64,000 nucleotides of DNA, taken from positions 4,948 through 68,947 of the forward strand of contig JBBALJ010000005.1 in NCBI GenBank assembly GCA_040403075.1, given 5' to 3'. Below are positions 1-8,800 of the stretch, in pieces. The translations under genes and the position numbers were made by a program. A model generated the notes under the pieces. The model did no database searches. It was not told the DNA's origin and worked only from the letters and a program-made list of their open reading frames with translations. How positions within the stretch are numbered: the first letter of the stretch is position 1; each line of letters opens with the position of its first letter. The DNA comes from Bacteroidia bacterium. Lineage in GTDB: Bacteria > Bacteroidota > Bacteroidia > UKL13-3.

Positions 1-120
1 ATATATCTTTGTAAAATAGAAATAAAGTTATAGCCCATTGCTGCTTTTATACGCCACAGGAGTGCACAAGCTTTTTGCTGTGGAAAATTTCTAGAGCCTA
101 GAAAATTATTATAAAATGAG

Positions 121-1509
121 TTATTCCACCAAAATCTTTTTCATCACTTCACCACCTTCATAGCTAAATCTTAGCATAAATAATCCTGTGTGATTAGGTG
201 TAAATTCTTCTTTGATGCCTTTCAAAATATCAGTTGAAAAAACTTCTTTTCCACTCAGATCAAACACACTCATATGAGAAGGGGTACTGCTTTGTATTTG
301 AATACTTTGTCCGTTTTTAGAGGGGTTAGGGAAAATTCGAATATTGTTTTTGTCGGCTAATACCTCCTCAGTTCCTATTGGAAAGGCCTTTGCAAAAAAG
401 GATTGGCTCTCTGAATAGTTACCACACATATTGGTTAATGAAAGGGCTTTTACCCTCCAATCAAATTGCCAATTGCCAAATAGTTTGGCATCATAAAAAG
501 TATCTTTCACCAATACATTTAAATAGGCCGTTTCCCATAATTTTAAACGTGCTATTTGCACTTGGTACATGGTGGCACCTTCGCTTTTATTCCATGTCAG
601 TCGAACCGATGCAGAGTTAAGATTGCTATCATTGTTTAATGGATAAGACAATGTAGGCACTGCTGGATTTACTGCCAACATGCTCTGATTAATGATATTT
701 CTACCTTCTAAATCATTGCTCATAGCAGCTAATTGTTCAGCGCTGAAGCGACTATGGCAAACATCCAAAGAGTAGTTCATAAAAATAGAACTATCAGCTC
801 TAAAAACCACGCCATTTGGGTCTTTCAAGAAATGTGGGTTGCTACAATCCCACCTACTTGCGATATAGTCAGGTCGCGTATCACAGAAACCATCACCTGC
901 AGTTCTGCAGTTGCTGCCATCCACTTTTTCTTGGTATGCCACATTGGGTATAGTATTGTTTTCCCACCCTCTAAAAGTATGCGGTAAACTGAAAAAATGA
1001 CCAAGTTCATGGGTTAGTGTGGTGGCATTGATGCCTTGGCAACTATTTATGATATATACCACATCCAAGCCACCAAAATAAACACCACAGTATGTGTTGC
1101 TAGAGCCTGCAAAAAAAACATTCACAGCCTCATTGTCTTTGTATTGGGTTGATAAGTCATAAATGGTGTTATCATCCGTTTGGTACAATTTAGAATTGTT
1201 GATATAATCAATATCATCCTTGATGTAAAACTGAACCCCAATAGGAGAAAAATCTTGGTTGATTTTGCAAAAGGAGGCAATCAAGAGGTCTAATTTGTAG
1301 TAGCCAGTTCCTTTATCGTTTCCAACAATATGTACTTTGATAGGAACATACTTCGTGGCTTTGTTCAAGAACAAACGTGGCGACTTATCAAGTGTTTGCT
1401 GAAATGCATGCAACTTGTCCATTTGCTCTCTGTTCATGATGGTGGCGCAGGGCTTTTGTGCCATTACTAACACAGGAATAAGAAATATCAGATAAAATAA
1501 ATGCTTCAT
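121..1509 (-). CDS. secreted M43-type (pappalysin/cytophagalysin-like) zinc metalloprotease with T9SS C-terminal sorting domain
   Basis: 462-aa ORF. Signal-like N-terminus MKHLFYLIFLIPVLVMAQ. Extended zinc motif HELGHFFSLPH. Last ~80 aa (IRIFPNPSKNGQSIQIQ...FMLRFSYEGGEVMKKILVE) look like a type-A T9SS CTD. Confidence 0.75.
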   Translation of the reverse strand: MKHLFYLIFLIPVLVMAQKPCATIMNREQMDKLHAFQQTLDKSPRLFLNKATKYVPIKVHIVGNDKGTGYYKLDLLIASFCKINQDFSPIGVQFYIKDDIDYINNSKLYQTDDNTIYDLSTQYKDNEAVNVFFAGSSNTYCGVYFGGLDVVYIINSCQGINATTLTHELGHFFSLPHTFRGWENNTIPNVAYQEKVDGSNCRTAGDGFCDTRPDYIASRWDCSNPHFLKDPNGVVFRADSSIFMNYSLDVCHSRFSAEQLAAMSNDLEGRNIINQSMLAVNPAVPTLSYPLNNDSNLNSASVRLTWNKSEGATMYQVQIARLKLWETAYLNVLVKDTFYDAKLFGNWQFDWRVKALSLTNMCGNYSESQSFFAKAFPIGTEEVLADKNNIRIFPNPSKNGQSIQIQSSTPSHMSVFDLSGKEVFSTDILKGIKEEFTPNHTGLFMLRFSYEGGEVMKKILVE

Positions 1510-1586
1510 TTTGAACGATTAATGCCACAAACTAAAACAATTTTCGATATTTAGGTAATAAAATTATTAAACCTTAACTGCTTTTT

Positions 1587-1594
1587 TACTTTTG
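1587..1594 (+). promoter_or_regulatory. candidate Bacteroidota -7 box (TACTTTTG) upstream of hbd
   Basis: Exact match to TAnnTTTG, 82 nt before the ATG at 1676. No clear TTG -33 partner. The motif is expected many times by chance in AT-rich DNA. Confidence 0.3.
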
Positions 1595-1675
1595 CGCAGG
1601 CAAAAAACTGGACTTAGAACGTCTAATTGTGCCGATTTACTTAGATTTACAGACAAAAATAAACAATAGATAAAA

Positions 1676-2566
1676 ATGAAAAACATCACCGTAATAGGTT
1701 CAGGAACGATGGGTAATGGTATAGCCCACGTGTTTGCTCAAAATAATTATGCCGTTAACCTTATTGATGTGAATGAAGCAGCTCTGAAAAAAGCTATTGA
1801 AACCATTGGTAAAAATTTAGATAGACAAGTTGCTAAAGGTACTTTAACTGAAGCTGAAAAATCTTCAACATTGGCTAACATTAATACTTTTACTAGTTTG
1901 AAAGACGCAGCTTCAAATGCTGATTTGGTTATTGAGGCAGCTAGTGAAAACATGGCTATCAAACTTGATATATTCAAACAATTGGATGAAATATGTCCTG
2001 CTCACACCATTTTGGCTTCAAATACCTCTTCTATCTCAATTACTAAGATTGCAAGCGTTACTAAACGTCCAGAGCAAGTAATCGGTATGCACTTTATGAA
2101 TCCAGTGCCTGTGATGAAATTGGTTGAGATTATCAACGGATTTAAAACTTCAAAACAAGTTTCTGAAACCATCGTGAATTTAAGTAAAGCAATTGGTAAA
2201 GTGCCAGCTGAAGCAAATGATTTCCCGGGTTTTATTGCAAACCGTATTTTGTTACCAATGATTAACGAGGCTATCATATCACTTCAAGAAGGTGTTGGTT
2301 CAGTTGAATCAATTGATACTGTAATGAAGTTGGGTATGGCTCATCCAATGGGACCATTGCAATTGGCAGATTTTATTGGTTTGGATGTTTGTTTAGCTAT
2401 CTTGAACGTGTTGTACGAAGGCTTAGGTAAAGACAAATATGCGCCATCACCTCTATTGGTTAATATGGTTACTTCGGGCAACTTAGGTGCTAAATCAGGT
2501 GAAGGTTTCTACAAATACACACCTGGCAGCAAAGAGTTAGTTGTAAGCGATAGATTCAAAAGCTAA
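1676..2566 (+). CDS. hbd: 3-hydroxybutyryl-CoA / 3-hydroxyacyl-CoA dehydrogenase
   Basis: 296-aa ORF. Rossmann motif VIGSGTMGNGIA at the N-terminus. Conserved blocks SNTSSISIT, HFMNPVPVMKLVEII and GEGFYKY are typical of the 3HCDH N+C domain family. Confidence 0.85.
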   Translation: MKNITVIGSGTMGNGIAHVFAQNNYAVNLIDVNEAALKKAIETIGKNLDRQVAKGTLTEAEKSSTLANINTFTSLKDAASNADLVIEAASENMAIKLDIFKQLDEICPAHTILASNTSSISITKIASVTKRPEQVIGMHFMNPVPVMKLVEIINGFKTSKQVSETIVNLSKAIGKVPAEANDFPGFIANRILLPMINEAIISLQEGVGSVESIDTVMKLGMAHPMGPLQLADFIGLDVCLAILNVLYEGLGKDKYAPSPLLVNMVTSGNLGAKSGEGFYKYTPGSKELVVSDRFKS

Positions 2567-2585
2567 TTAGGCCGCTATTTATATG

Positions 2586-2616
2586 AAGGCTATCTCAAAA
2601 GGTTAGCCTTTTTATT
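2586..2616 (+). terminator. hairpin plus T-rich tract after hbd
   Basis: aaggcta (2586-2592) pairs with tagcctt (2604-2610), followed by tttatttg. Confidence 0.5.
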
Positions 2617-2734
2617 TGGGTCAAGTTGATTTTATGGGGAATATTCGCAAATAAATAATTATTTTACTTTTTCCTTTTGAAGCATCAAAAGTAAACAAAA
2701 ATCCTTCGATTTTCAAGGTGCAATATGGTCGTTG

Positions 2735-2767
2735 GAGCGGAGTCGAAATGGCGTTTCGACACCGCTC
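2735..2767. repeat. perfect interrupted hairpin GAGCGG-A-GTCGAAA [TGGCG] TTTCGAC-A-CCGCTC
   Basis: Read directly. 6+7 bp of Watson-Crick pairing with a symmetric A/A internal loop. Lies in the ORF-poor island. Confidence 0.9.
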
Positions 2768-2848
2768 AATGAACGTTTCGAACAAAAAGATTTCTCCTTG
2801 CCTCTGTATATGTTTTTGCGACTCTAACGGACGTCCTTGCGAACGAAA

Positions 2849-2864
2849 TCCCGATGCATCGGGA
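2849..2864. repeat. perfect 16-nt palindrome TCCCGATGCATCGGGA
   Basis: Self-complementary when reverse-complemented by hand. Confidence 0.9.
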
Positions 2865-2873
2865 TGAAGTGTG

Positions 2874-2895
2874 GCAATCTGTTTTAAGAGATTGC
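2874..2895. repeat. hairpin GCAATCT [gttttaag] AGATTGC
   Basis: 7-bp perfect stem. A third GCAAT segment follows at about 2907-2911 (ATTGC...GCAAT), so alternative pairings are possible. Confidence 0.85.
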
Positions 2896-3037
2896 TTCAC
2901 TATGTTCGCAATGACGATTTCACAACACTACGAAAATCGGGCTTCGCGATCGGAATGCAGGTGGAAGAACTCTGTACCTATTTTGAAAATGAACTGTAAT
3001 TTTTTCATGACGATTCAGTGGCCATAAGCGTTGGATT

Positions 3038-3059
3038 CCCTCCGTTGGCTAACGGAGGG
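3038..3059. repeat. hairpin CCCTCCGTT [ggct] AACGGAGGG
   Basis: 9-bp perfect GC-rich stem with a 4-nt loop. Confidence 0.9.
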
Positions 3060-3123
3060 TCAGGGGGATGTTGCTTCAGATTAGTCTTTATCAAAAATTT
3101 CAATCTTACATCAAGTTCTTTCT

Positions 3124-3152
3124 CCTACTTTTTCCATTGATGAAAAAGTAGG
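3124..3152. repeat. hairpin CCTACTTTTT [ccattgatg] AAAAAGTAGG
   Basis: 10-bp perfect stem. Confidence 0.9.
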
Positions 3153-3593
3153 CAAAAAATCTAGAAAAAAATATGCTTCCACCCACTAGCCTGATGCACT
3201 GCCCGCATTTTTTTCGGCCCATCGCACGCCTCCTATTTGAGCTACTATCTTGGCTTATCGTTCGGATTGCATTCCGTCCGACATTTATAAAATCTGACTG
3301 AAAATGTTTTTGTTTTTTTGTGGATGGTGGATAATAGTAAGCATACTTGAGTCATGCCGATCCAATTTGCTATGACTCTTTTGCTCATACATGACGGCTT
3401 AGTATGCGCTGCAAGAAAAAAGCAAATTACATTTTCCAAAGTTTTATGTCAGTCTTGATTTTTTGTTTCGTTTTGTATCAAGACAAAATGAAAGCTACAT
3501 CCTATATTCATAATGTTTGTGCTCTCCAAAATCACCAAAGAAAAATTTCCCAAATTTATGAATGTGCCTTTTTATTAGAACAAATTTTGATAT

Positions 3594-3621
3594 AAAAAAA
3601 GCCCTCAATGGAGGGCTTTTT
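3594..3621. terminator. bidirectional rho-independent terminator (serves gldC on the minus strand)
   Basis: aaaaaaa GCCCTC aatg GAGGGC ttttt. An A-run and a T-run flank a GC stem. It sits 21 nt below the gldC stop at 3642. Confidence 0.75.
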
Positions 3622-3641
3622 GCTTTATAATTGTTTATGAA

Positions 3642-4001
3642 TTAGTGTTTGTGATCTGGTCCAAAAACTTCCGTCATGTGTCCGAAGTTGTGAGCGAAAT
3701 CGCGCATTGCGTCTGCCACTTCTTTGTTTTGTGTAGCATTTTCAAAGGTATCGGCCATGGTGGCTAATGTTTGAAACATGAACAGATTCATTTCATCTAC
3801 TTGCATGTCATTGGTCCATAAATCAATGCGCATGGCATTTTGTTGTAAGCCATCAAATATAGAAAGCATGATACCTTTAGCAGGTTGCTTTCCTTCAAAT
3901 TCTGCATCATCAGCATCCCATTCAATTTGCGCAGGAAGGCTTTCTTTGTCTAAGTGAACATCTATTCTTATTTGAGATGTTTTTGTTATTTCTGTACTCA
4001 T
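3642..4001 (-). CDS. gldC: gliding motility-associated protein GldC
   Basis: 119-aa ORF with no signal peptide. The block MRIDLWTNDMQVDEMNLFMFQTLATMADTF matches my recollection of the conserved GldC core (IDLWTKDMPVDEM..F.HQTL). Confidence 0.75.
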   Translation of the reverse strand: MSTEITKTSQIRIDVHLDKESLPAQIEWDADDAEFEGKQPAKGIMLSIFDGLQQNAMRIDLWTNDMQVDEMNLFMFQTLATMADTFENATQNKEVADAMRDFAHNFGHMTEVFGPDHKH

Positions 4002-4009
4002 TGTTTAAA

Positions 4010-4333
4010 TTAAAGTTCGTTTTTTAGATCTACTAAAAATTGTTTAACCGTTTTTAGTTTGTTTATGATTTCTTGCTTATTTGGTAAATCTTTATCGTGT
4101 TTTAGTTTTTCTTTTGCTCCTTCTATCGTATAGCCTTGTTCTTTTAATAATTGTTGAATGAGTTTGATGGTATCTATATCGCTATGACTAAACTTGCGAG
4201 TGCCACCTGCAGTTTTACTAGGATTAAGCTGACTGAATTCTTTCTCCCAAAAACGAATCTGAGAGATACTTATATTCAGCATTTCAGACACTTCGCCAAT
4301 TGTAAAATATATTTTCTTTACTTCATCCTCCAT
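4010..4333 (-). CDS. MerR-family transcriptional regulator
   Basis: 107-aa ORF. N-terminal helix-turn-helix YFTIGEVSEMLNISISQIRFWEKEF, followed by a short helical tail. Confidence 0.75.
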   Translation of the reverse strand: MEDEVKKIYFTIGEVSEMLNISISQIRFWEKEFSQLNPSKTAGGTRKFSHSDIDTIKLIQQLLKEQGYTIEGAKEKLKHDKDLPNKQEIINKLKTVKQFLVDLKNEL

Positions 4334-4348
4334 CGGACTAAAAGAGGT

Positions 4349-5413
4349 TTATTTTTTACCCATATCTCTCAAATGCTTCACATGCGAAACGATAGCATTC
4401 AAGAGTGTTTTTTGCTCGAAATAACTGATGCCATGTTTTGCACACACATTTTTTACAATCTTACTAATTTCTGGGTAATGAACATGACTGATTTTGGGGA
4501 ATAAATGATGCTCAATTTGGAAGTTTAGCCCACCGGTAAAGAATGAAACCAATTTACTTTGTGTAGCAAAATTACTCGTAGTAGCCACCTGATGAGTAGC
4601 CCAATCATTAGCTATTTTACCATCTTTCATTTCATGATCAAACGCCATATTTTCTACGCAATGTGCCAATTGAAAAACCAAGCTAATTGTAATACCTGTC
4701 ACAAACATGTATACCGAATAACCAATAATGAATTTCACAAAACCCAATTGCCAAATAGGTAAAGCCACAAATAGCAAAGTGTAAATTATCTTGGTAGACC
4801 AAAACCCAACATGTGTTGAGGCATTGATATGAATATTGTCTTTAGTTCCCACTTTTCTAGAAAAGTATTTGATGAAATCTAACAAGAAAATCCAACCTAA
4901 GTAAAGTAATCCATACACAAATATGAAGTAGTATTGTTGCAATCTGTGGAAGCCATAGCGTTTTTGTGTTTCGCATAGTCTCAACATAGGTTCATTTCCA
5001 ATATCATCATCCATACCATCTATATTGGTATATGTATGATGAACTACCACGTGTTTTACATTCCAGAAAAATGAACTGCATCCTAAAAAATTTAATGATA
5101 ATTCAGCCATTTTATTCAGCGTTTTGTTATGGCTAAATGAACCATGGCTGCCATCGTGCATCATGTTAAAACCAATGCCAGCCGTAATGATACCAGCGTA
5201 TACACAAAGTGGTATGCTGATCCAAATAGGCATATCAACAAAAACCAATAATATATAGCTTGATATAAAAGAAACGCTGAAGAAAACAGCCTTTAGCATG
5301 AGTCTATAGTCTCCCGTTTTTTCTTTTTTTGTATCTTTAAAATATTCGTTAACTCGTTTTCTTAAATCAATATAAAAAGCACTTTGATTGCCATTAAATT
5401 TAATTTCTTGCAT
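4349..5413 (-). CDS. membrane fatty acid desaturase with a QxxHH third histidine box (front-end / delta-6-like type)
   Basis: His boxes HDGSHG, HVVVHH and QIEHHLFP, plus several hydrophobic spans. I prefer the ATG at 5413 (MQEIKFNG...) over the ORF-track start at 5485. Confidence 0.8.
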   Translation of the reverse strand: MQEIKFNGNQSAFYIDLRKRVNEYFKDTKKEKTGDYRLMLKAVFFSVSFISSYILLVFVDMPIWISIPLCVYAGIITAGIGFNMMHDGSHGSFSHNKTLNKMAELSLNFLGCSSFFWNVKHVVVHHTYTNIDGMDDDIGNEPMLRLCETQKRYGFHRLQQYYFIFVYGLLYLGWIFLLDFIKYFSRKVGTKDNIHINASTHVGFWSTKIIYTLLFVALPIWQLGFVKFIIGYSVYMFVTGITISLVFQLAHCVENMAFDHEMKDGKIANDWATHQVATTSNFATQSKLVSFFTGGLNFQIEHHLFPKISHVHYPEISKIVKNVCAKHGISYFEQKTLLNAIVSHVKHLRDMGKK

Positions 5414-5497
5414 GTATTTGTATTTATTACGGCTGTAAATGTAGTGAATTAAGTTTGTAGTTTTGTTTAACAAGATGTCCACCAAGCCATTTATGAT

Positions 5498-5932
5498 TTA
5501 GTTTAGTTTTTTTACGAAATGAAAGCCTTTCTTTCTGTAGTCCAGTCTTTCATAAAACCTATGTGCCGCTTCATTCTCCATGTAGGCATCCAGCATAGCT
5601 ACTTTGCAATGTTCTTTTTTTGCAATTTCCAATACCTTCAAACAAATCTGTTCGCCTATGTTTTGATTCCGATAATTTGCATCCACCACTACATTGTCCA
5701 ATTCAATATACTTACCTGAGTATATTTTGGTATTAATCCAATAACCACATACACCTACTATGTTCTCATTTTGTTTGGCTATCAATTGTTTGTAATTATT
5801 TGGAATCATTTCGTTTAATAATTGTCCATACTCTTCATGGCCAAGTTTTGGATTCAATTGCTTTATTAATTCATAGCAATCCATCATTTCATGACTATTT
5901 ATGAGGATTTTAAACTGTAGGGCACTTTCCAT
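5498..5932 (-). CDS. GNAT-family N-acetyltransferase
   Basis: 144-aa ORF. Acetyl-CoA-binding style segment RNQNIGEQICLKVLEIAKK and C-terminal AHRFYERLDY. Confidence 0.7.
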   Translation of the reverse strand: MESALQFKILINSHEMMDCYELIKQLNPKLGHEEYGQLLNEMIPNNYKQLIAKQNENIVGVCGYWINTKIYSGKYIELDNVVVDANYRNQNIGEQICLKVLEIAKKEHCKVAMLDAYMENEAAHRFYERLDYRKKGFHFVKKLN

Positions 5933-5964
5933 AATTACAAAGATGGGTAGAAAAGGAATAAAAC

Positions 5965-5998
5965 AAAAAGCCCTTTAGTTTTCTCTAAAGGGCTTTTT
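5965..5998. terminator. bidirectional hairpin terminator
   Basis: aaaaa GCCCTTTA gttttctc TAAAGGGC ttttt. Downstream of the flavin-reductase-like gene on the minus strand. Confidence 0.6.
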
Positions 5999-6192
5999 AA
6001 GTATATGAGTTTGAAAAAAGTATTATGCAAACTATATAGAGAAGATTGTGCCAAAAAACTTTAATCAAATAAGATATTTATTAAAACTTTGATTTTCAAT
6101 ATTTAAAATATTTTTCACCTATCATTGAAAATGGTCTTGTATTTCTGTTTGTACAAAAAGAACACAAATTTGTACAGCAAAAAAACAGACAC

Positions 6193-7083
6193 TTAGCTCA
6201 AAAGTACTTTCCAAGCATCTTGCACTTTGTTATTTTCTAAAAGTTGTTGAGCCATTTTGTGCAATAATAATTCTAATTTGAATTTATCATCACTATGTAA
6301 TTGGTGAAGTTTATTTAAGTCTTTGTTCATGTGCTTGTAGATGGCTACGCTATCTAAATCCGGAATTTGTTCAACATTGGCAAGCATACCCAAATCATTG
6401 CCGGTTAGAATTTTACTTAATCTAATTTTATCAGGCAAAGCATCCACCCCAATGCCAAGGTTTCTTGCAGGTTTTGGCACTTCAAACAAAGCATTACCGC
6501 TTGCTCTAACGTACCAATCGCTTCCAAGACGACCTACTAGATCCATTTTATGTTGATCAATTTTGCCATCAGCCGTTAATACATCAGGCGAAATATGCAT
6601 GAGTAACATTTCAGCGATAATTAAATTACCAGCTCCGCCTTCTGTTCCCGTTTCAATAATATCAACCACCTTGCACTCAAACTGCACCGGACTTTCCTTA
6701 ACCCTGAAAGGTTTTACTTTTACTGAGGCAATGGGTGTAAATCCCGCTTTGGTAAATTCGTTCACACCTTTTGGATACTCGCAACTGGCAAGGCTCATTT
6801 GTTGAACCATGCTATAATTCACAATGTTTATCACTACTTCACCTGTTTCAATAACATTTTGCAAGGTGTGTTTGGTGGTGTTATCTCTCACCCTGCGGGC
6901 AGGAGAAAAAATAATACGCGTAGGGTTAGAACCAAAAATATTGAAGAAGCTAAATGGACTTAAATTTGGATAGCCCTCCATATCTATTGTGCTCGCAAAG
7001 CAAATGGGTCTAGGGGCAATTGCGGTTAATAAGGCATTGTGAAATTCTGCTAATGGTAAATCTTTTGGTCCGATGGTTTTCAT
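6193..7083 (-). CDS. flavin reductase-like (FMN-binding split-barrel) domain protein
   Basis: RPICFASTIDMEGYPNLSPFSFFN is typical of the flavin reductase-like domain. The ORF-track start is TTG at 7113; I prefer the ATG at 7083 (MKTIGPKDL). Confidence 0.65.
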   Translation of the reverse strand: MKTIGPKDLPLAEFHNALLTAIAPRPICFASTIDMEGYPNLSPFSFFNIFGSNPTRIIFSPARRVRDNTTKHTLQNVIETGEVVINIVNYSMVQQMSLASCEYPKGVNEFTKAGFTPIASVKVKPFRVKESPVQFECKVVDIIETGTEGGAGNLIIAEMLLMHISPDVLTADGKIDQHKMDLVGRLGSDWYVRASGNALFEVPKPARNLGIGVDALPDKIRLSKILTGNDLGMLANVEQIPDLDSVAIYKHMNKDLNKLHQLHSDDKFKLELLLHKMAQQLLENNKVQDAWKVLLS

Positions 7084-7257
7084 TAATAGGTCTGTCGAAA
7101 ATTGAGGTGGCAAATTAGCTAGAAATTTGGAATGTTGAATCCATTTGATTTTGAAAAGTATAAATAATGCATTTCAATTCTTGATGCTTCAACAAATTTT
7201 CAAGAAGAAATCTGAATTAAAAGTCAAATGAAATCTAGACTTTAGAATCCTATATGA

Positions 7258-8532
7258 TTAACCAGCCAAGGCCTTCACCATGGCTTGGGCTTTTAACAAA
7301 CACTCTTCATATTCCAACTCAGCATCGCTATCATAAGTGATGGCGCTTCCCACTTCAAACGAAATATAGTGGCTTGAAGAATTGTATTGTATACTTCTAA
7401 TTACAACATTGAAATCGAAGTCAGAATTGGGAGCAAAGTAGCCTATAGCGCCACTATATAAGCCACGTTTGGTATTTTCATATTTTTCAATCAATTCCAT
7501 CGCCATCACTTTGGGTGCACCTGTCATACTTCCCATAGGAAATGCATTTTTTATAGAATCAACCGTAGAGGTAGATTCATTAATATGAGATGAAACCGTT
7601 GAAATCATTTGATGCACTTGGCTAAAAGAGTAAATGCCAAACAATTCTTCCACTTTTATTGAACCTGTTTTTGAACTTCGAGCTAAGTCGTTTCTCACCA
7701 AGTCAACAATCATCAAGTTCTCAGCTCTTTCTTTTTCAGAATGTAATAATTGTTGAATCAAGTTCTCGTCTTCTTGTGAATTAGTGCCTCTTTTAACTGT
7801 GCCTTTAATCGGTTGTGAATAGAGGGTTTCACCACGTTTTTTAATAAAACGTTCAGGACTTGCACATAAAACAAATTTATCCTTTACTCTAAGGAAAGCT
7901 CCAAATGGAGTAGGGGAGAACTGCTTTAGTTTCTGATATACATGGTATGGATCTATAAGTGCATGCTCATCAAAAAACTCCACGCAATAGTTTAATTCAT
8001 ATACATCACCTTCGATAATATGTTGTTGAATGGCTTTTACATTTTCTATATACTTTTCACGACTTACTTTAGGCTTGATATGAACAGGGTGGTAAGGGAA
8101 ATGCGATGTTTCGGTTGATAGTATTTCGTCTAATAAAAGGTGATTGGGACTTTGAATTAAATATTTCCCATCATTAAAAATCACAATCAAATGAAGTGGT
8201 TTAAAAAAATACAGCTCATCAAAACCAATATTATCAGGATGAACAGATTTCAATTTTTCAATTTGGTTTTTTAAATCGTAGCTTAAATATCCCAAAAGAT
8301 AGTCTTGTCCATTTTGACAAACGGCTTCATTCAATTCCTCCCAATCTCTGTGACCTGTTCCTTTATGTTCCTCCTTTATCCCCGCAGCAATCATATATTC
8401 CACATCACTTAAACCAAGCGCATTGATGCTGTCGTTATTGTCGAGCATGCAACATACATCGAAGCTTCGAAGCCATTCGATGGTCTTCAGTTTGAAGTTT
8501 TTTATATCATGAGGAAAATGCATTGACATCAA
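7258..8532 (-). CDS. pabB: chorismate-binding enzyme, most likely aminodeoxychorismate synthase component I
   Basis: Motifs SPERF, PIKGTVKRG, ENLMIVDLVRND, GSMTGAPK and SGAIGYF. No amidotransferase domain. The PabB versus TrpE assignment is by size and recollection only. Confidence 0.65.
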   Translation of the reverse strand: MMSMHFPHDIKNFKLKTIEWLRSFDVCCMLDNNDSINALGLSDVEYMIAAGIKEEHKGTGHRDWEELNEAVCQNGQDYLLGYLSYDLKNQIEKLKSVHPDNIGFDELYFFKPLHLIVIFNDGKYLIQSPNHLLLDEILSTETSHFPYHPVHIKPKVSREKYIENVKAIQQHIIEGDVYELNYCVEFFDEHALIDPYHVYQKLKQFSPTPFGAFLRVKDKFVLCASPERFIKKRGETLYSQPIKGTVKRGTNSQEDENLIQQLLHSEKERAENLMIVDLVRNDLARSSKTGSIKVEELFGIYSFSQVHQMISTVSSHINESTSTVDSIKNAFPMGSMTGAPKVMAMELIEKYENTKRGLYSGAIGYFAPNSDFDFNVVIRSIQYNSSSHYISFEVGSAITYDSDAELEYEECLLKAQAMVKALAG

Positions 8533-8800
8533 TTATTGAGTAGGTAAAATTATCGAAACAATAATATGGAAAATTTTGGATTGCAAATGTTTTCTAATTT
8601 CAAGTTCGTTTTAGGACAACTGATATATTTGCATTTGGATTATACTATTTGATAAAAAAAACACTACTATTTAATATTGATTTCCCGTTATTATTTAAAT
8701 TTTTGCATAGTTGGATTAAAAATTGTCGTTGAATTAGTTTTTTTGTTTGGCTTGATAGTTTTTTATTTTTAATTCGCATTAAATCTATTTAAAATTCATT

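Noticed and set aside
3245-3595. Two overlapping small ORFs (64 aa minus strand, 63 aa plus strand) in the ORF-poor island
   Set aside because: No recognisable motifs, odd composition, mutual overlap, and no promoter or terminator logic. They are most likely chance frames.
2620-3600. Known housekeeping RNAs (tmRNA, RNase P RNA, SRP/4.5S RNA) in the island
   Set aside because: Hallmark strings were not found on either strand by eye. These were a tRNA-like GGTTCGA.TCC...CCACCA end, GAGGAAAGTCC, and GTCAGGTCCGGAAGGAAGCAGC. Only a weak ggcttat fragment is present, so I made no call.
4151-4504. Shadow ORFs opposite or inside annotated genes. This one is an example; others are at 378-987, 19689-20088, 36085-36393, 37514-37816, 42025-42357, 44393-44805 and 54961-55863.
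   Set aside because: All are embedded in longer ORFs with clear family motifs on the other strand or frame. None carries a motif of its own.
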